A DNA stretch of 64,000 nucleotides from an uncultured Candidatus Saccharibacteria bacterium. GTDB taxonomy: Bacteria > Patescibacteriota > Minisyncoccia > CAIUEV01 > JAHKAQ01. The stretch spans positions 28,199-92,198 of the forward strand of contig CAZRBB010000001.1 in NCBI GenBank assembly GCA_964598205.1, given 5' to 3'. A program made the translations under genes and the position numbers. Below, in pieces: positions 30,211 to 41,324 of this stretch; the stretch's first letter is position 1; every line of letters begins with the position of its first letter. The notes under the pieces were generated by a model. It saw only the letters and a program-made list of their open reading frames with translations. It did not search any database and was not told the DNA's origin.

Positions 30211-33200
30211 ATGTCTAATAGAGTCAGTAGCTTTAAAGCCATCAAGCTCCAGCTGGCTTCTCCGGAGAAAATTTTAGAATGGTCATTTGGAGAAGTGTTA
30301 AAGCCGGAAACCATTAATTATCGCACCCAAAGATTTGAAAAAGACGGTCTTTTTTGTGAAAAGATTTTTGGTCCCAGCAAAGACTGGGAATGTTATTGCG
30401 GAAAGTATAAAAGAATCCGCTACAAAGGAATCGTCTGCGATAAATGCGGCGTTGAAGTTACTAGAAGCGTTGTGCGTCGAGAAAGAATGGGGCACATTGA
30501 CTTGGCTGTTCCAGTAGCTCACATTTGGTATTTAAAAGGATCTCCTTCTAAGTTGGGGCTTATTTTAGACATGAACGCTTCTGATTTAGAAAAAGTGGTT
30601 TATTTTGCCAACTACATTATTACCGATGTTAATCAAGACGAAAAGGAGCGCGCCCTAGACCAACTAGACAAAGAGTACAAATTAAAACTGGCTAATATTA
30701 GAAAAGAAAAAGCTTCTAAGGAAAACAAGGCAGAAATGATAGAAGACTTAAAGGAGCAAAAAAAAGAATCCAAAGAAATTCTAGACTCTTTAGAAAAATT
30801 CAGAGTGATTTCCGAAATGGAATACCGAACAATTTCCCTAAAGTATGGTCATGTTTTTGAAGCCGGGATTGGAGCGGAAGCTATTAGAAGAATTCTTTCT
30901 GGATTAGATCTGGCTACTGAAATAGTCAAAATAGAAGAAAAATTAAGAAGCAATGCTAAGGGTTTAGACAAAAAAAGATTAACCAGAAGATTAAAGATTG
31001 CCAAAGGAATGAGGCAGTCTAACCTTCGGCCAGAATGGATGCTTTTAACGGTGGTACCAGTAATTCCTCCAGATTTGCGTCCAATGGTTCAGCTAGATGG
31101 TGGTCGTTTTGCTACCTCTGATCTTAACGACTTATATCGCAGAATTATTAATCGAAACAATCGTCTTAAAAAGTTAATTTCTATTGGAGCACCAGAAGTA
31201 ATTTGTCGCAACGAAAAAAGAATGCTTCAAGAAGCGGTAGACGCGCTGATAGACAACTCGGCACGAAGAAGTCAGGTTTCTGTAGCGGCTTCTACTGGTC
31301 AAAAACGACCATTAAAATCTTTGGCAGATATGCTTAAAGGAAAGCAAGGCCGTTTCCGCCAAAACTTATTAGGAAAAAGAGTTGATTATTCGGGTCGTTC
31401 AGTAATTATTGTTGGTTCTGGTTTAAAGCTAGATCAATGCGGACTTCCTAAAAAAATGGCACTAGAACTGTTCAAGCCTTTTATTATAGAAAAACTAATT
31501 AAGCTGGGTTATGCCCACAATGTACGGAGCGCTGGCCGCTTGGTAGAGCAGGAATCAACAGAGGCTTACGAAATCTTAGAAGAAGTAATTCAGGGTCATC
31601 ATGTAATTCTTAACCGTGCTCCGACCTTGCACCGTCTTGGTATTCAAGCTTTTCAGCCTGTCCTAATAGAAGGTAAGGCTATTCGAGTCCATCCAATGGT
31701 TTGCACTGCTTTTAATGCAGACTTTGACGGCGACCAAATGGCAGTTCATCTTCCTCTCACAACCAAAGCCAGGAAGGAAGCAGCCACCATTATGGTTTCT
31801 AGAAAAAATTTATTAAAGCCATCTACCGGAGAACCAATTGTCATCCCGACTCAAGATATTGTTTTAGGAATCTACTACATGACAGACATGATAGAAGACG
31901 GGGATGCTAAGAAAATAAAAATTCTTGGTTCTTGCGATGAAGCGATTCTGATGCACCAAATGGAAAAAATCGGGATCAGAGAAAAAATTCAAGTGCGTCT
32001 TTTCAATGGAGAGATGGTAGAAACTTGTGTTGGCCGAGTCATGCTTAACCAAATTCTTCCTGAAGGTTTAGATTTTGTTAATGAAAGGTTAAACAAAAAG
32101 CAACTCAAGCAAATTGTTGCTAAAGTAATTAGAGATTTTGGCTCCGATGAAGCTGCCTGTCTTTTGGATAAATTAAAAGATCTTGGCTTTAAATACGCTA
32201 CTAAATCTGGAATTTCTTGGGGAATGAACGATATTAAGGTTCCCGAAGAAAAACAAAAATATATTCTAAAAGCAGAAGATAACCTTACAGAGCTGAATGA
32301 ACAGTTTAACATGGGACTTCTAACCGAAGAAGAAAGAAAATCCCAGGTAATTCAAATTTGGAACAGTTGCCGAGAAAGAATCGCTGAACAAGTGGAACTG
32401 AGCATTGATAGAAAGAGTCCTGTGTTTACCATGGTTAATTCTGGCGCCAGAGGTACAATGGCGGTTTTAGTACAGTTAATGGGAATGAGAGGTTTAATGG
32501 CCAATCCTGCCGGAGATATTATTGAATTACCGGTTAGAGACAGTTTTAAAGAAGGTTTAAATGTTTTGGAATACTTTATTTCTTCTCATGGAGCACGGAA
32601 AGGAATGGCAGATACGGCCCTAAGAACGGCGACTGCTGGTTATTTAACCAGAAGATTAGTTGATGTCTCTCAGGAAGTGATCATTACCCAGGAAGATTGC
32701 GGTACTACTAAAGGCGCCATTCTTTACAAGAAAGACACTGAAGAAATTGGTGGTGATTTTGCTCAAAGAATAGAAGGTCGGGTAGCCTTAAAAGACATTG
32801 TTGATCCTAAGACCAAAGAGCTGATTGTCCCTGGCGGTGAATTGATTGGAAGAAAAGAAGCAGCGCGAATTAATGGTGTAGACATTAAAGAAGTAATGAT
32901 CCGATCGGTAGTTTACTGCGAATCCAAAGATGGTATTTGCCAAAAATGTTACGGTAACGATTTGGGCAAAAACAGAATGGTGGAATTTGGGCAGGCAGTA
33001 GGAATTGTGGCAGCACAGTCTATTGGAGAGCCGGGAACACAGTTAACCATGAGAACCTTCCATGTAGGAGGAGTTGCTGGGGAAGACATTGTTTCTGGTT
33101 TACCTAGAGTAGAAGAAATTTTTGAAGCCAGACTTCCCAAGGGAGAGGCTCCGATTGTGGAAGAAGACGGTAAGGTAATAGATATCATTACCGACGAAAA

Positions 33201-33801
33201 GAAAAAAGAGATCATTATCCAACCACAAGGAACCAAGGACAAAGAAGAGAACCATTCTTATTCAGTTTCTAAAAATGCTTCTCTTTTAGTTAAGAAAGGG
33301 GACTTGGTTTATTCTGGTCAACAATTGGTATCTGGACATATTGATATTAAAAAATTGTTCCTTGTTTCTGGAGTAGAGGCAGTGCATCGTTATATTATGA
33401 AAGAAATCCAGGAAGTTTATTCTGCTCAAGGGGAAAGTATCGACGATAAACATGTAGAAATAATCATTCGTCAAATGCTTTCTAGAATGAGGGTAGTGGA
33501 GTCGGGAGATACGGATTTAATAGAGGGAGATGTTGTAGAAGCGCCAATGACAGAGGCAATGAACGAAGAAATTGTCCGCGCAGGGAGAAAGCCAGCCAAA
33601 CTAGAAAGAATGATTTTAGGAATTACCAAGGTTTCCCTAACTACAGATAGCTTCCTTTCAGCGGCTTCCTTTCAGCACACGGCTCAAGTGTTAATCAACG
33701 CTTCCTTGCAAGGAAAAGTTGACCCACTAAGAGGCCTTAAAGAAAATGTTATTTTAGGAAAATTGATTCCTGCTGGAACCAATTTTAGAAAGAGAAAATA
33801 G
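30211..33801 (+). CDS. rpoC: DNA-directed RNA polymerase subunit beta'
   Basis: Zinc-binding CxxC...CxxC N-terminus and the NADFDGDQM catalytic motif. Confidence 0.95.
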   Translation: MSNRVSSFKAIKLQLASPEKILEWSFGEVLKPETINYRTQRFEKDGLFCEKIFGPSKDWECYCGKYKRIRYKGIVCDKCGVEVTRSVVRRERMGHIDLAVPVAHIWYLKGSPSKLGLILDMNASDLEKVVYFANYIITDVNQDEKERALDQLDKEYKLKLANIRKEKASKENKAEMIEDLKEQKKESKEILDSLEKFRVISEMEYRTISLKYGHVFEAGIGAEAIRRILSGLDLATEIVKIEEKLRSNAKGLDKKRLTRRLKIAKGMRQSNLRPEWMLLTVVPVIPPDLRPMVQLDGGRFATSDLNDLYRRIINRNNRLKKLISIGAPEVICRNEKRMLQEAVDALIDNSARRSQVSVAASTGQKRPLKSLADMLKGKQGRFRQNLLGKRVDYSGRSVIIVGSGLKLDQCGLPKKMALELFKPFIIEKLIKLGYAHNVRSAGRLVEQESTEAYEILEEVIQGHHVILNRAPTLHRLGIQAFQPVLIEGKAIRVHPMVCTAFNADFDGDQMAVHLPLTTKARKEAATIMVSRKNLLKPSTGEPIVIPTQDIVLGIYYMTDMIEDGDAKKIKILGSCDEAILMHQMEKIGIREKIQVRLFNGEMVETCVGRVMLNQILPEGLDFVNERLNKKQLKQIVAKVIRDFGSDEAACLLDKLKDLGFKYATKSGISWGMNDIKVPEEKQKYILKAEDNLTELNEQFNMGLLTEEERKSQVIQIWNSCRERIAEQVELSIDRKSPVFTMVNSGARGTMAVLVQLMGMRGLMANPAGDIIELPVRDSFKEGLNVLEYFISSHGARKGMADTALRTATAGYLTRRLVDVSQEVIITQEDCGTTKGAILYKKDTEEIGGDFAQRIEGRVALKDIVDPKTKELIVPGGELIGRKEAARINGVDIKEVMIRSVVYCESKDGICQKCYGNDLGKNRMVEFGQAVGIVAAQSIGEPGTQLTMRTFHVGGVAGEDIVSGLPRVEEIFEARLPKGEAPIVEEDGKVIDIITDEKKKEIIIQPQGTKDKEENHSYSVSKNASLLVKKGDLVYSGQQLVSGHIDIKKLFLVSGVEAVHRYIMKEIQEVYSAQGESIDDKHVEIIIRQMLSRMRVVESGDTDLIEGDVVEAPMTEAMNEEIVRAGRKPAKLERMILGITKVSLTTDSFLSAASFQHTAQVLINASLQGKVDPLRGLKENVILGKLIPAGTNFRKRK

Positions 33802-33816
33802 TAAAACATAGAACCA

Positions 33817-33850
33817 TAAAAAAACTACGCAGAAATGCGTAGTTTTTTTA
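33817..33850. terminator. Bidirectional intrinsic terminator after rpoC
   Basis: ACTACGCA-GAAA-TGCGTAGT perfect hairpin flanked by an A run upstream and a T run downstream. Confidence 0.75.
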
Positions 33851-34933
33851 TTTTAGCTCAAAGATCTTAACCATTACAGCATCGCTAGTGCCAACCATTA
33901 TTTTGTCGGCTAGGATAATATATTCCAAATTAATTTTTTTAGATTGACTTAAATTTATATAGCGACTGTTCGGCAAGCTTATGCTGTCTCTAAAGCGAAA
34001 GTCTTCCGGATTAGCCGGGTCCTCTGTTGTTTCTCCGAGAATTAATCCTCGTAAATCGCCAACCATTGTTTTTTCCCATTCCAACATGGCGCTTTTATTA
34101 GTTTCTGGGGAAGCGGCTGTTTCTAGAACTAAAATAAGCTTTGCTACCCCCGGCTGCTCCTTAGTCACTGATTCTTTGGCCAAAAGAAGAGCAAATTTAG
34201 CTCCTGGTTTTAAGATAGAATCAGGAATTACGATTTTAGCAATATCCTTGAATCTTTTTAAATCTATTTCTTGATTTTTTTCATAAACTGCCACTTGAAT
34301 TGGGTAATCAAAGCTAAGATTATTACCAAGCTCCTTTATTTTAGAAGAGAAATCATCACCTAGTGATAAATTAAGAGCTTCTTTTTTTTGAGCAAGTTCT
34401 AGCTGAAATATTCCAGGGAATGCTGGGACATCTTTTGATTCTTCCAGAGATCCTTCTTTTGGAGGTTCAGTGGGAGGAGTTTTATTTCCTTCTGGCAAAG
34501 ATTGAGAAGGGCTAGTGCTTGGTGTAGAAGCTATGGGAGAGTCATTTTGTTCTTCCATGGGAAGAATCATAGCTTTGTAGTACCAAGCACCGGTTAGTCC
34601 AAGAGATATAAAAGCTATAAAAAGAAGAAAGAAGATAATTTTTTTTATTTTCCTTTCCTTTTGGGGAATGGGTTGTCCGCCGGGAGTAGTGGGAGAAATT
34701 TTTGGTTCCGGAGAATTAATAATCGGGAGGTTGTCTAAATCAAGATCTATATTTTTAGGATTTGTGGCTTCTTCGGTTTGACTTTTAGGGGGCATTGCAC
34801 TTTCCATTATTGCTATTGGCTTGGCACTGTGGTTAACGAACGATTTTTTCTTGACTATTTCCTGATCATCTTCTTTTGGTTCGTTGTTTGGTACAGAAAA
34901 AGACTCCTTGCTTTGAGTTTGGTTTTCCTTCAT
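33848..34933 (-). CDS. Hypothetical membrane-anchored protein with a Pro/Ser-rich disordered N-region
   Basis: Single TM (IIFFLLFIAFISLGLTGAWYY) and low-complexity Pro/Thr/Ser linkers; no recognised domain. Confidence 0.45.
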   Translation of the reverse strand: MKENQTQSKESFSVPNNEPKEDDQEIVKKKSFVNHSAKPIAIMESAMPPKSQTEEATNPKNIDLDLDNLPIINSPEPKISPTTPGGQPIPQKERKIKKIIFFLLFIAFISLGLTGAWYYKAMILPMEEQNDSPIASTPSTSPSQSLPEGNKTPPTEPPKEGSLEESKDVPAFPGIFQLELAQKKEALNLSLGDDFSSKIKELGNNLSFDYPIQVAVYEKNQEIDLKRFKDIAKIVIPDSILKPGAKFALLLAKESVTKEQPGVAKLILVLETAASPETNKSAMLEWEKTMVGDLRGLILGETTEDPANPEDFRFRDSISLPNSRYINLSQSKKINLEYIILADKIMVGTSDAVMVKIFELK

Positions 34934-34989
34934 GTATTTTTTTTCTATTTATTTTAGGAATCGTGCGCCAAATTCACAATTTCTCTTCC

Positions 34990-37128
34990 TTATTTTATCT
35001 TCTCTATTAGAGTAAGGTTGTATCTTCCCATATGGTCTACTTCTTCAATCTTTATTTTAACTTTTTCACCAATTCTTGCAACATCAGAAATCCGTTCTAT
35101 CCGTTGGCCATTGTTTAATCGGGAAACATGGATTAATCCTTTGCGTCTTGGCAAAAACTCCACCATTACGCCAAAGTCCTTCATTTCAACAATTGTTCCA
35201 ATATATTCTTCTCCTACCTTTGGTTCTTTTACTAGGGAGTTGATCATGGAAACAGCTTTTTCCATTCCTTCTTTGTCTTGAGAAGTAACAAAAACCGAGC
35301 CGTCGTCTTCTATGTCTATCTGGGCGCCTGTTTGTTCTATAATGGAATTGATCATTTTTCCTCCTGGTCCAATAATTGTTCCTATCTTTTCTGGATTAAC
35401 GCTCAACTTGGTGACTCGGGGAGCATAAAGAGACATTTCTTTCTTAGGCTCGGCAATTACTTCTAGCATCTTGTCTAAAATAAAAAGGCGTCCTTTTTGT
35501 GCTTTGGCCAAGGCTTCTTTCAGAATTTCAAGACTTAATCCTTTTGTCTTAATGTCCATTTGGAGAGCGGTAATGCCGTCCTTGGTTCCAGCAACTTTAA
35601 AATCCATGTGACCAGCAAAATCTTCGTTAGCGCAAAGATCAGTTAATACTTGAAAATTCTTTTTTTCTTTATCTATTACCAATCCCATAGCTACTCCGGC
35701 TACTGGTTTTTTCATTGGTACGCCAGCATCCATTAATGCCAAGGTGCTACCGCAAACGCTGGCCATTGAAGTTGATCCATCCGAAGCCATAATTTCCGTT
35801 TGCATTACTATGGAATAAGGGAATTCTTCTTTTGGAGGAATCATTGAAGCAATTGCTTTTTCTCCTAGAGCACCATGGCCGATTTCTCTCCGACCAGGAC
35901 CGCGCATTGGAAAGCATTCGCCAACAGAATAAGGAGGGAAGCTATAAAAATGCAAGTATCTTTTTTTAGCACCCAAAGAATCTCCCATTCCGTCTAAATA
36001 CAGTTCGTTTCCTGGAGATCCCAGCGTGGTAACGGTTAATCCTTGAGTTTCGCCTCTGGTAAAGAGTGCTGAACCATGAACTCTTGGTAGTACGGAGATC
36101 TCAATATTTAACGGACGCACTTCGTCCATTCCGCGCCCACCCAATCTTTTTTTATTTTCCAAAACATTTTTTTGGATGGTTTCTTTTTGAATGGAATAAA
36201 GAGCCGCCTTTATATCTTCCGTTTGCTCTCCATTACCATCAGCTTCTTCTTTTAAAATAATTTCTTTTTCCAGATTTCTAACCGTTGCTTCGTAATCTAG
36301 CTTGTCTTTGTAGTTATTAAAAAGTTCTTGAAACTGATCGCTGTATTTTTTTTGAAGACTCTTTTTTAATTCAACATCCATTACTTTTAGAGGGATTTCG
36401 GTTCTTTCCTTTTTGAATTTAGCACATAAATTTTGAATGTCTTTGGCCATTTCTTTGTTCTTTTCTTGAGCCAAATCAAGAGCACTAATCATTTCTTCTT
36501 CAGTAAGCTCCTTTGCTCCGGCTTCCACCATTACAATATTTTCTCCAACGCCGGTTATAAACATGTCTAGAGCGCCTTCTTCTTGCTCTTTAATTGTTGG
36601 GGCAAGAATCAATTCTTCCTTTTTACCTAAATGAGTTACGCAAAGTGGTCCTTCAAAGGGGATTCCAGAAACCTCAAGAGCAATGGAAGCTCCCAGCACA
36701 GCCAATGAGCGAGGATCATTTTCAAAATCAAAAGAAAGAACGCTGATTACTATTTGGACTTCATTTTGCATTCCTTCTGGGAATAGAGGACGGATACTGC
36801 GATCTATTAATCTACTAGTTAGGATTGCTTCGTCTGTTGGCTTGCCCTTGCGCTTCATAAAGCGAGAATTGCGTATTTTCCCAGCGGCCCAATAATTTTC
36901 TTCGTACTCCACCATTAAAGGGAAAAAACCCAAGTCTTTCTTAGGTTCTTTACTCATTACTGCAGTTGCCAAAACAACGGTTTCTCCCATTTTTACCAGG
37001 GCAGAACCGTTAGCTTGTTGAGCCACTTTTCCCAAAGAAACAAAAGCCTTCTTTTCGCCGAAATTTATTTCTAAATCCGCGTTAAAAAAACCTTCTTTTT
37101 GGGGAGAGACATTTTTTTCTTGTTTCAT
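34990..37128 (-). CDS. pnp: Polyribonucleotide nucleotidyltransferase (PNPase)
   Basis: Two RNase PH domains, KH domain and C-terminal S1 domain; downstream of rpsO. Confidence 0.9.
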   Translation of the reverse strand: MKQEKNVSPQKEGFFNADLEINFGEKKAFVSLGKVAQQANGSALVKMGETVVLATAVMSKEPKKDLGFFPLMVEYEENYWAAGKIRNSRFMKRKGKPTDEAILTSRLIDRSIRPLFPEGMQNEVQIVISVLSFDFENDPRSLAVLGASIALEVSGIPFEGPLCVTHLGKKEELILAPTIKEQEEGALDMFITGVGENIVMVEAGAKELTEEEMISALDLAQEKNKEMAKDIQNLCAKFKKERTEIPLKVMDVELKKSLQKKYSDQFQELFNNYKDKLDYEATVRNLEKEIILKEEADGNGEQTEDIKAALYSIQKETIQKNVLENKKRLGGRGMDEVRPLNIEISVLPRVHGSALFTRGETQGLTVTTLGSPGNELYLDGMGDSLGAKKRYLHFYSFPPYSVGECFPMRGPGRREIGHGALGEKAIASMIPPKEEFPYSIVMQTEIMASDGSTSMASVCGSTLALMDAGVPMKKPVAGVAMGLVIDKEKKNFQVLTDLCANEDFAGHMDFKVAGTKDGITALQMDIKTKGLSLEILKEALAKAQKGRLFILDKMLEVIAEPKKEMSLYAPRVTKLSVNPEKIGTIIGPGGKMINSIIEQTGAQIDIEDDGSVFVTSQDKEGMEKAVSMINSLVKEPKVGEEYIGTIVEMKDFGVMVEFLPRRKGLIHVSRLNNGQRIERISDVARIGEKVKIKIEEVDHMGRYNLTLIEKIK

Positions 37129-37243
37129 GTTTTCTTGTTTGGAGAGAGAAGAGTACAGATTGCAATAGAGCGCTACAAGATTTGTGTCGCTGTATCACAA
37201 TCTGTTTTTAATCTTCTCTTTCTCCTAATTAATTTTTAAAAAA

Positions 37244-37510
37244 CTAAAATTTAAACCCGTATTTTTTGGATAGTTTTTCTAGAACCGTTAAGTTGTCTTT
37301 TTTTAAGTAATTGACCATTTTTTTTCGGTGAGCAACCATTTTTAAAAGCCCCCGACGAGAATGATTGTCTTGTTTGTTCTTTTTTAAGTGATCGGAAAGA
37401 CGGAAAATCCGTTCACTTAAAATAGAGATCTGCACTTCTGCAGAGCCAGTATCCTCTTTGTGTTTTTGACTATCTTTTATAACCTTAGTCTTGGCTTGTT
37501 TTTTTAGCAT
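37244..37510 (-). CDS. rpsO: 30S ribosomal protein S15
   Basis: DTGSAEVQISILSERI and HSRRGLLKMV motifs; 88 aa. Confidence 0.9.
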   Translation of the reverse strand: MLKKQAKTKVIKDSQKHKEDTGSAEVQISILSERIFRLSDHLKKNKQDNHSRRGLLKMVAHRKKMVNYLKKDNLTVLEKLSKKYGFKF

Positions 37511-37614
37511 CTAAATTCTTTATTCAATCAATAAATACCTGTTAAAACAGGTCGTCTAAATCGAACTCACTATAGCTTGTTTTTCTTTGTTTGGCAAGTG
37601 GGACAGGGGCTAAA

Positions 37615-39663
37615 TCACCACTCAATATTCCTATCTTCCCAAAAAGAAGAATCAGTTTGAGGATAAGAATAATCTTGGTGCATTGGTGGGGTAATTCTTT
37701 TTTCTAAAATATTTAAAGGAATATCTCGGAAAAAACGAGAAGGAACACCGGTCAATGATTGCCCAAAAATACGGCGATTGCGGGTATAGAGTAGCCAAAG
37801 ATTTTCCTTGGCCCTAGTGATTCCGACATAGCACAAGCGCCTTTCTTCTTCCATTTCCAAAGGATTTTCTAGTGAGCGGGAATGGGGCAATAATCCTTCT
37901 TCGAACCCCGGCAAAAATACTCGCTTAAATTCTAATCCTTTGGCTGAATGGAGTGTCATTAGAGTAACGCAGGGCTTTTCTCCGTAGGGATTTTCTTCGC
38001 TGGTGGCTAGCGCCGCTTCTTCTAGAAATCTCAACGAAGCTTCTTCGGGTTTAAATTCGGCGTATCTTTCGGCTACAGATAATAATTCTAAAACATTTTC
38101 CAACCGTTCTTTCCCTTCTTCTCCTAAGGCCAAAAGATGTCGCCGATAGCCTGTCTCTTTTAGGATAAAGGCCAAAGTTTCTTTTAAGCTTTTTTGTTTT
38201 TGAACTTTAGCGATTTTTTCTATTAAAGAGGCAAATAGAATCAAGTCCTTGGTTTTACTTTTTGGGAAAGGACTTTTCCTAGTCTCTTTTTTAATCTCTC
38301 CTAAAAAATCAACAAAGTTTTGGCCACTTCCAGAAAGAGTGGTAACTAATTTCTCTACAGTTGTTTTGCCGATCGAACGCTTGGGGACATTGATAATTCT
38401 GGCAAGACTTAATTGGTCGGAGAAATTAAGGCTCAATTTTAAATAAGCAATTAGATCTTTAATTTCTGCCCGCTCGTAGAATTTTAAACCGCCAACAATG
38501 CGGTAAGGGAGCCCTTGTTTTAAAAACTGTTCTTCCAAGACCCGAGATTGGCTGTTGATTCGGTACAAAACCGCACAATTTTCTGGGCTTTCTCCTTCTT
38601 CTTCTAATAATCTTTTTATTTCCTTGGCAATCACCAAGGCTTCGTCTTCTTCGTGAGCCGCTTCGTGACTGATTATTTGGTGACCGGCTTGATTTTCTGT
38701 CCAAAGCTTTTTATGCATTTGGGCAGGGTTCTTTTCAATGATTGTTTGCGCAGCTTTTAAAATATTTTTAGTGCTTCGGTAATTTTGTTCTAAAAAAATA
38801 ACTTTTGCTTTGGGATAATCTTTTTCAAAATTTAAGATATTTCGAATATTAGCTCCCCGCCAAGCGTAAATACTTTGGTAGTCGTCTCCTACCACAAAAA
38901 TATTGCCACTTTTTTTAGCCAAAAGACTAGTCAGTTGGTACTGCGCTTGATTGGTATCTTGATATTCATCTACTAAAAGATAGGGAAAGCGATCTTGGTA
39001 TTTTTTTAATGTTTCGGGGAATTTTTGCCAAAGAGTAAGCGTGTAATTAATAATATCGTCAAAATCCAGCGAATTATTTAAAAGGAGTTCCTTTTGATAC
39101 TTTTCGTAAATTAAAGCCACCTTTTCTTCAAAGTAACTGGTAATATTGTTTTTGAATTTTTCTGGAGTAATCAAGTCACTTTTTAAAGATGAGATTTTGG
39201 CTTGGACAACTTTGGGCTTTGTGCGTTCAGGATCTAATTCTTCTCCCTTGATTATCTTTCTAACCAAAGCCAGCTGCTCGGTGCTATCCAAGATTACAAA
39301 ATTGGGTCGGAAATCTAACTTTTCAATGTCTTCTCTTAGCACTCTTAGGCAAAAAAAGTGAAAGGTGCCGATTAGGGGGAAATCCATTTCCGTTCCTGGA
39401 GCAAAATAACTAGTTAATCGCTCCAAGCGAGAGTCTCCGGTTAATTTGGCTACTCTTCCCCTCATTTCCTTAGAAGCTTTATTGGTAAAAGTCACCGCTA
39501 AAATGTTCCCTCCGGGAATTCCTTGTTCAAGCATGTTGGCAATTCGGTAAGTTAGCGTGCGGGTTTTACCGCTACCCGCTCCGGCCAATACCAAGACTGG
39601 CCCAGTAATTATCGAAGCTGCTTGGCGCTGAGCTTCGTTTAAATCATTAAGAGAAAAATTCAT
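37615..39663 (-). CDS. pcrA: ATP-dependent DNA helicase PcrA/UvrD (SF1)
   Basis: LNEAQRQA...GPVLVLAGAGSGKT (motifs Q and I), DEYQDT (motif II) and later SF1 motifs. The Met at 39663 is the likely start. Confidence 0.9.
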   Translation of the reverse strand: MNFSLNDLNEAQRQAASIITGPVLVLAGAGSGKTRTLTYRIANMLEQGIPGGNILAVTFTNKASKEMRGRVAKLTGDSRLERLTSYFAPGTEMDFPLIGTFHFFCLRVLREDIEKLDFRPNFVILDSTEQLALVRKIIKGEELDPERTKPKVVQAKISSLKSDLITPEKFKNNITSYFEEKVALIYEKYQKELLLNNSLDFDDIINYTLTLWQKFPETLKKYQDRFPYLLVDEYQDTNQAQYQLTSLLAKKSGNIFVVGDDYQSIYAWRGANIRNILNFEKDYPKAKVIFLEQNYRSTKNILKAAQTIIEKNPAQMHKKLWTENQAGHQIISHEAAHEEDEALVIAKEIKRLLEEEGESPENCAVLYRINSQSRVLEEQFLKQGLPYRIVGGLKFYERAEIKDLIAYLKLSLNFSDQLSLARIINVPKRSIGKTTVEKLVTTLSGSGQNFVDFLGEIKKETRKSPFPKSKTKDLILFASLIEKIAKVQKQKSLKETLAFILKETGYRRHLLALGEEGKERLENVLELLSVAERYAEFKPEEASLRFLEEAALATSEENPYGEKPCVTLMTLHSAKGLEFKRVFLPGFEEGLLPHSRSLENPLEMEEERRLCYVGITRAKENLWLLYTRNRRIFGQSLTGVPSRFFRDIPLNILEKRITPPMHQDYSYPQTDSSFWEDRNIEW

Positions 39664-39786
39664 TTTATTGCTTTGTTTTAAAAAATTATTCAAACCAGAA
39701 AAAAGAGCATTCAAGCGCCAAGGTAATTCATTTTTATTTTCACCAATTTTGCGTTATAAAAAGAGGATAGAAAATTTATTGCCTTT

Positions 39787-41193
39787 GTGCAAAAAACAGA
39801 AATCAAAACTTTAATCTTTTGGCTTTTCTACTGCCTCTGCTGTTTAATTTTAGGGGCGGTTTTTTCTTTTTCTCTTTCCGCCGGAAAAATAAAAGGGATT
39901 GTTCCCGTTGTTTCTTTTAAAAATTCCCAAACAATTCTTCCCGATGGAGAAATCAAAGTGGAGTTTGATCGCCCAGTCAGAAAAGAAGAAATAGAAAAGA
40001 GCTTTAAAACAACCCCTTCCGTTCCTGGGAACTTGGTTTGGAAGAATGATCTCTTTGGATTTTCCTTTATACCTAAGGAAGTTTTCCAGGAAGATCAAAA
40101 ATACTTAGTGGCCTTTTTTGGAATGAATAAATGGTTCATTCCTTTTGGCGGAGAATGGGAATTTAAAACAGGATCGCTTCCCAAAATAGAAAGAGTCTCT
40201 CCTTTTAAGGGGCAGGGAGTAAAAAATGATGAAAAGATTTTTGTAAGATTTGACCGCCCAGTTCAAAATTACGAAGCGATTTTTAAACTAACACCAGAAA
40301 CTGATCTAGGAATTATTAAAAGTGATGACAACCAGGAATTTGTTTTGGTTCCTAGGCCGGAGCTTAAAAGCGCTACTAAATATCAGCTAGAAGTTTCTTT
40401 GCGCTATAAATCGTCTAAAGAAAATAATAACGAAAAGGTAGTCGGCAATTTAGAATTTTCCACCTTTGATCCCCTGCAACTTACGGGGAGTTTACCGGTT
40501 AATGGATCTAAGAATGTAATCTTTAACCAAAAAATATCCTTATCGTTTAATTGGCCGGTGGATTTGGAAAAATTTAGAGAGTACTTAACAGTTTCTCCGG
40601 AAAGCTTGTTTAAACTGGAACAAAGTGCCGATGGAAAAACAATTTTTATTAAACCAGAAGGATTAAAGCACGAAACCGATTACGAAATAAAAATCAGGAA
40701 AGGATTGGCGACCAAAGAAGGTGGGTATTTAGAAGAAGATGCGGTGGTGGCTTTCCGGGTGGGGATTTTGGGAAGCGTAGTTTCGTTAACCGCCAGAGCT
40801 ACAGAAGATCCAGCGGTTAAAGAGGGGAAGTTCATTGATGTTAATCTTACTCGCCAGTTACTAGATATTTATAGCAGTGGCGTGGTGTTGGGGACTTATA
40901 GAATTTCTTCTGGTAAAAGTGGTATGCGGACACCGACGGGTCGGTTCACCATTTTGACCAAAGAAAGAAGGCACTGGTCTCGTCAATACAAGCTCTGGAT
41001 GCCATATTCCATGCAGTTTACCAGCGCCGGCCACTTTTTACATGAATTGCCAGAATGGCCAAACGGCTACAAAGAGGGCGCTAATCATTTAGGAATTCCT
41101 GTAAGTCACGGTTGTGTCCGTTTGGGTGTGGGTCCAGCAGAAACTGTTTTTAACTTTGGCGATATCGGCACGCCGATAAAGGTTCATTACTAG
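39787..41193 (+). CDS. L,D-transpeptidase (YkuD domain) with N-terminal Ig-like repeats
   Basis: C-terminal catalytic motif SHGCVRL; signal/TM at the N-terminus. Confidence 0.75.
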   Translation: MQKTEIKTLIFWLFYCLCCLILGAVFSFSLSAGKIKGIVPVVSFKNSQTILPDGEIKVEFDRPVRKEEIEKSFKTTPSVPGNLVWKNDLFGFSFIPKEVFQEDQKYLVAFFGMNKWFIPFGGEWEFKTGSLPKIERVSPFKGQGVKNDEKIFVRFDRPVQNYEAIFKLTPETDLGIIKSDDNQEFVLVPRPELKSATKYQLEVSLRYKSSKENNNEKVVGNLEFSTFDPLQLTGSLPVNGSKNVIFNQKISLSFNWPVDLEKFREYLTVSPESLFKLEQSADGKTIFIKPEGLKHETDYEIKIRKGLATKEGGYLEEDAVVAFRVGILGSVVSLTARATEDPAVKEGKFIDVNLTRQLLDIYSSGVVLGTYRISSGKSGMRTPTGRFTILTKERRHWSRQYKLWMPYSMQFTSAGHFLHELPEWPNGYKEGANHLGIPVSHGCVRLGVGPAETVFNFGDIGTPIKVHY

Positions 41194-41228
41194 GGAGCTT
41201 GATTCTAACTAAAATTAGTTCTTCTGTT

Positions 41229-41303
41229 TGGAGCGGGTAACGGGAGTCGAACCCGTCTCTCCACCTTGGAAGGGTGGAATAATAGCCACTATACGATACC
41301 CGC
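41229..41303 (-). tRNA. tRNA-Gly (anticodon TCC), CCA encoded
   Basis: Reverse complement GCGGGTA acceptor, anticodon stem CCACC/GGTGG with loop CTTCCAA, TTCGACT T-loop, terminal CCA. Confidence 0.85.
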
Positions 41304-41324
41304 TTAGGTAGACTCATTATCAAT

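Noticed and set aside
33981-34274. 97-aa plus-strand ORF inside the hypothetical membrane protein gene
   Set aside because: It is antisense to a longer ORF that has a TM segment; no features of its own.
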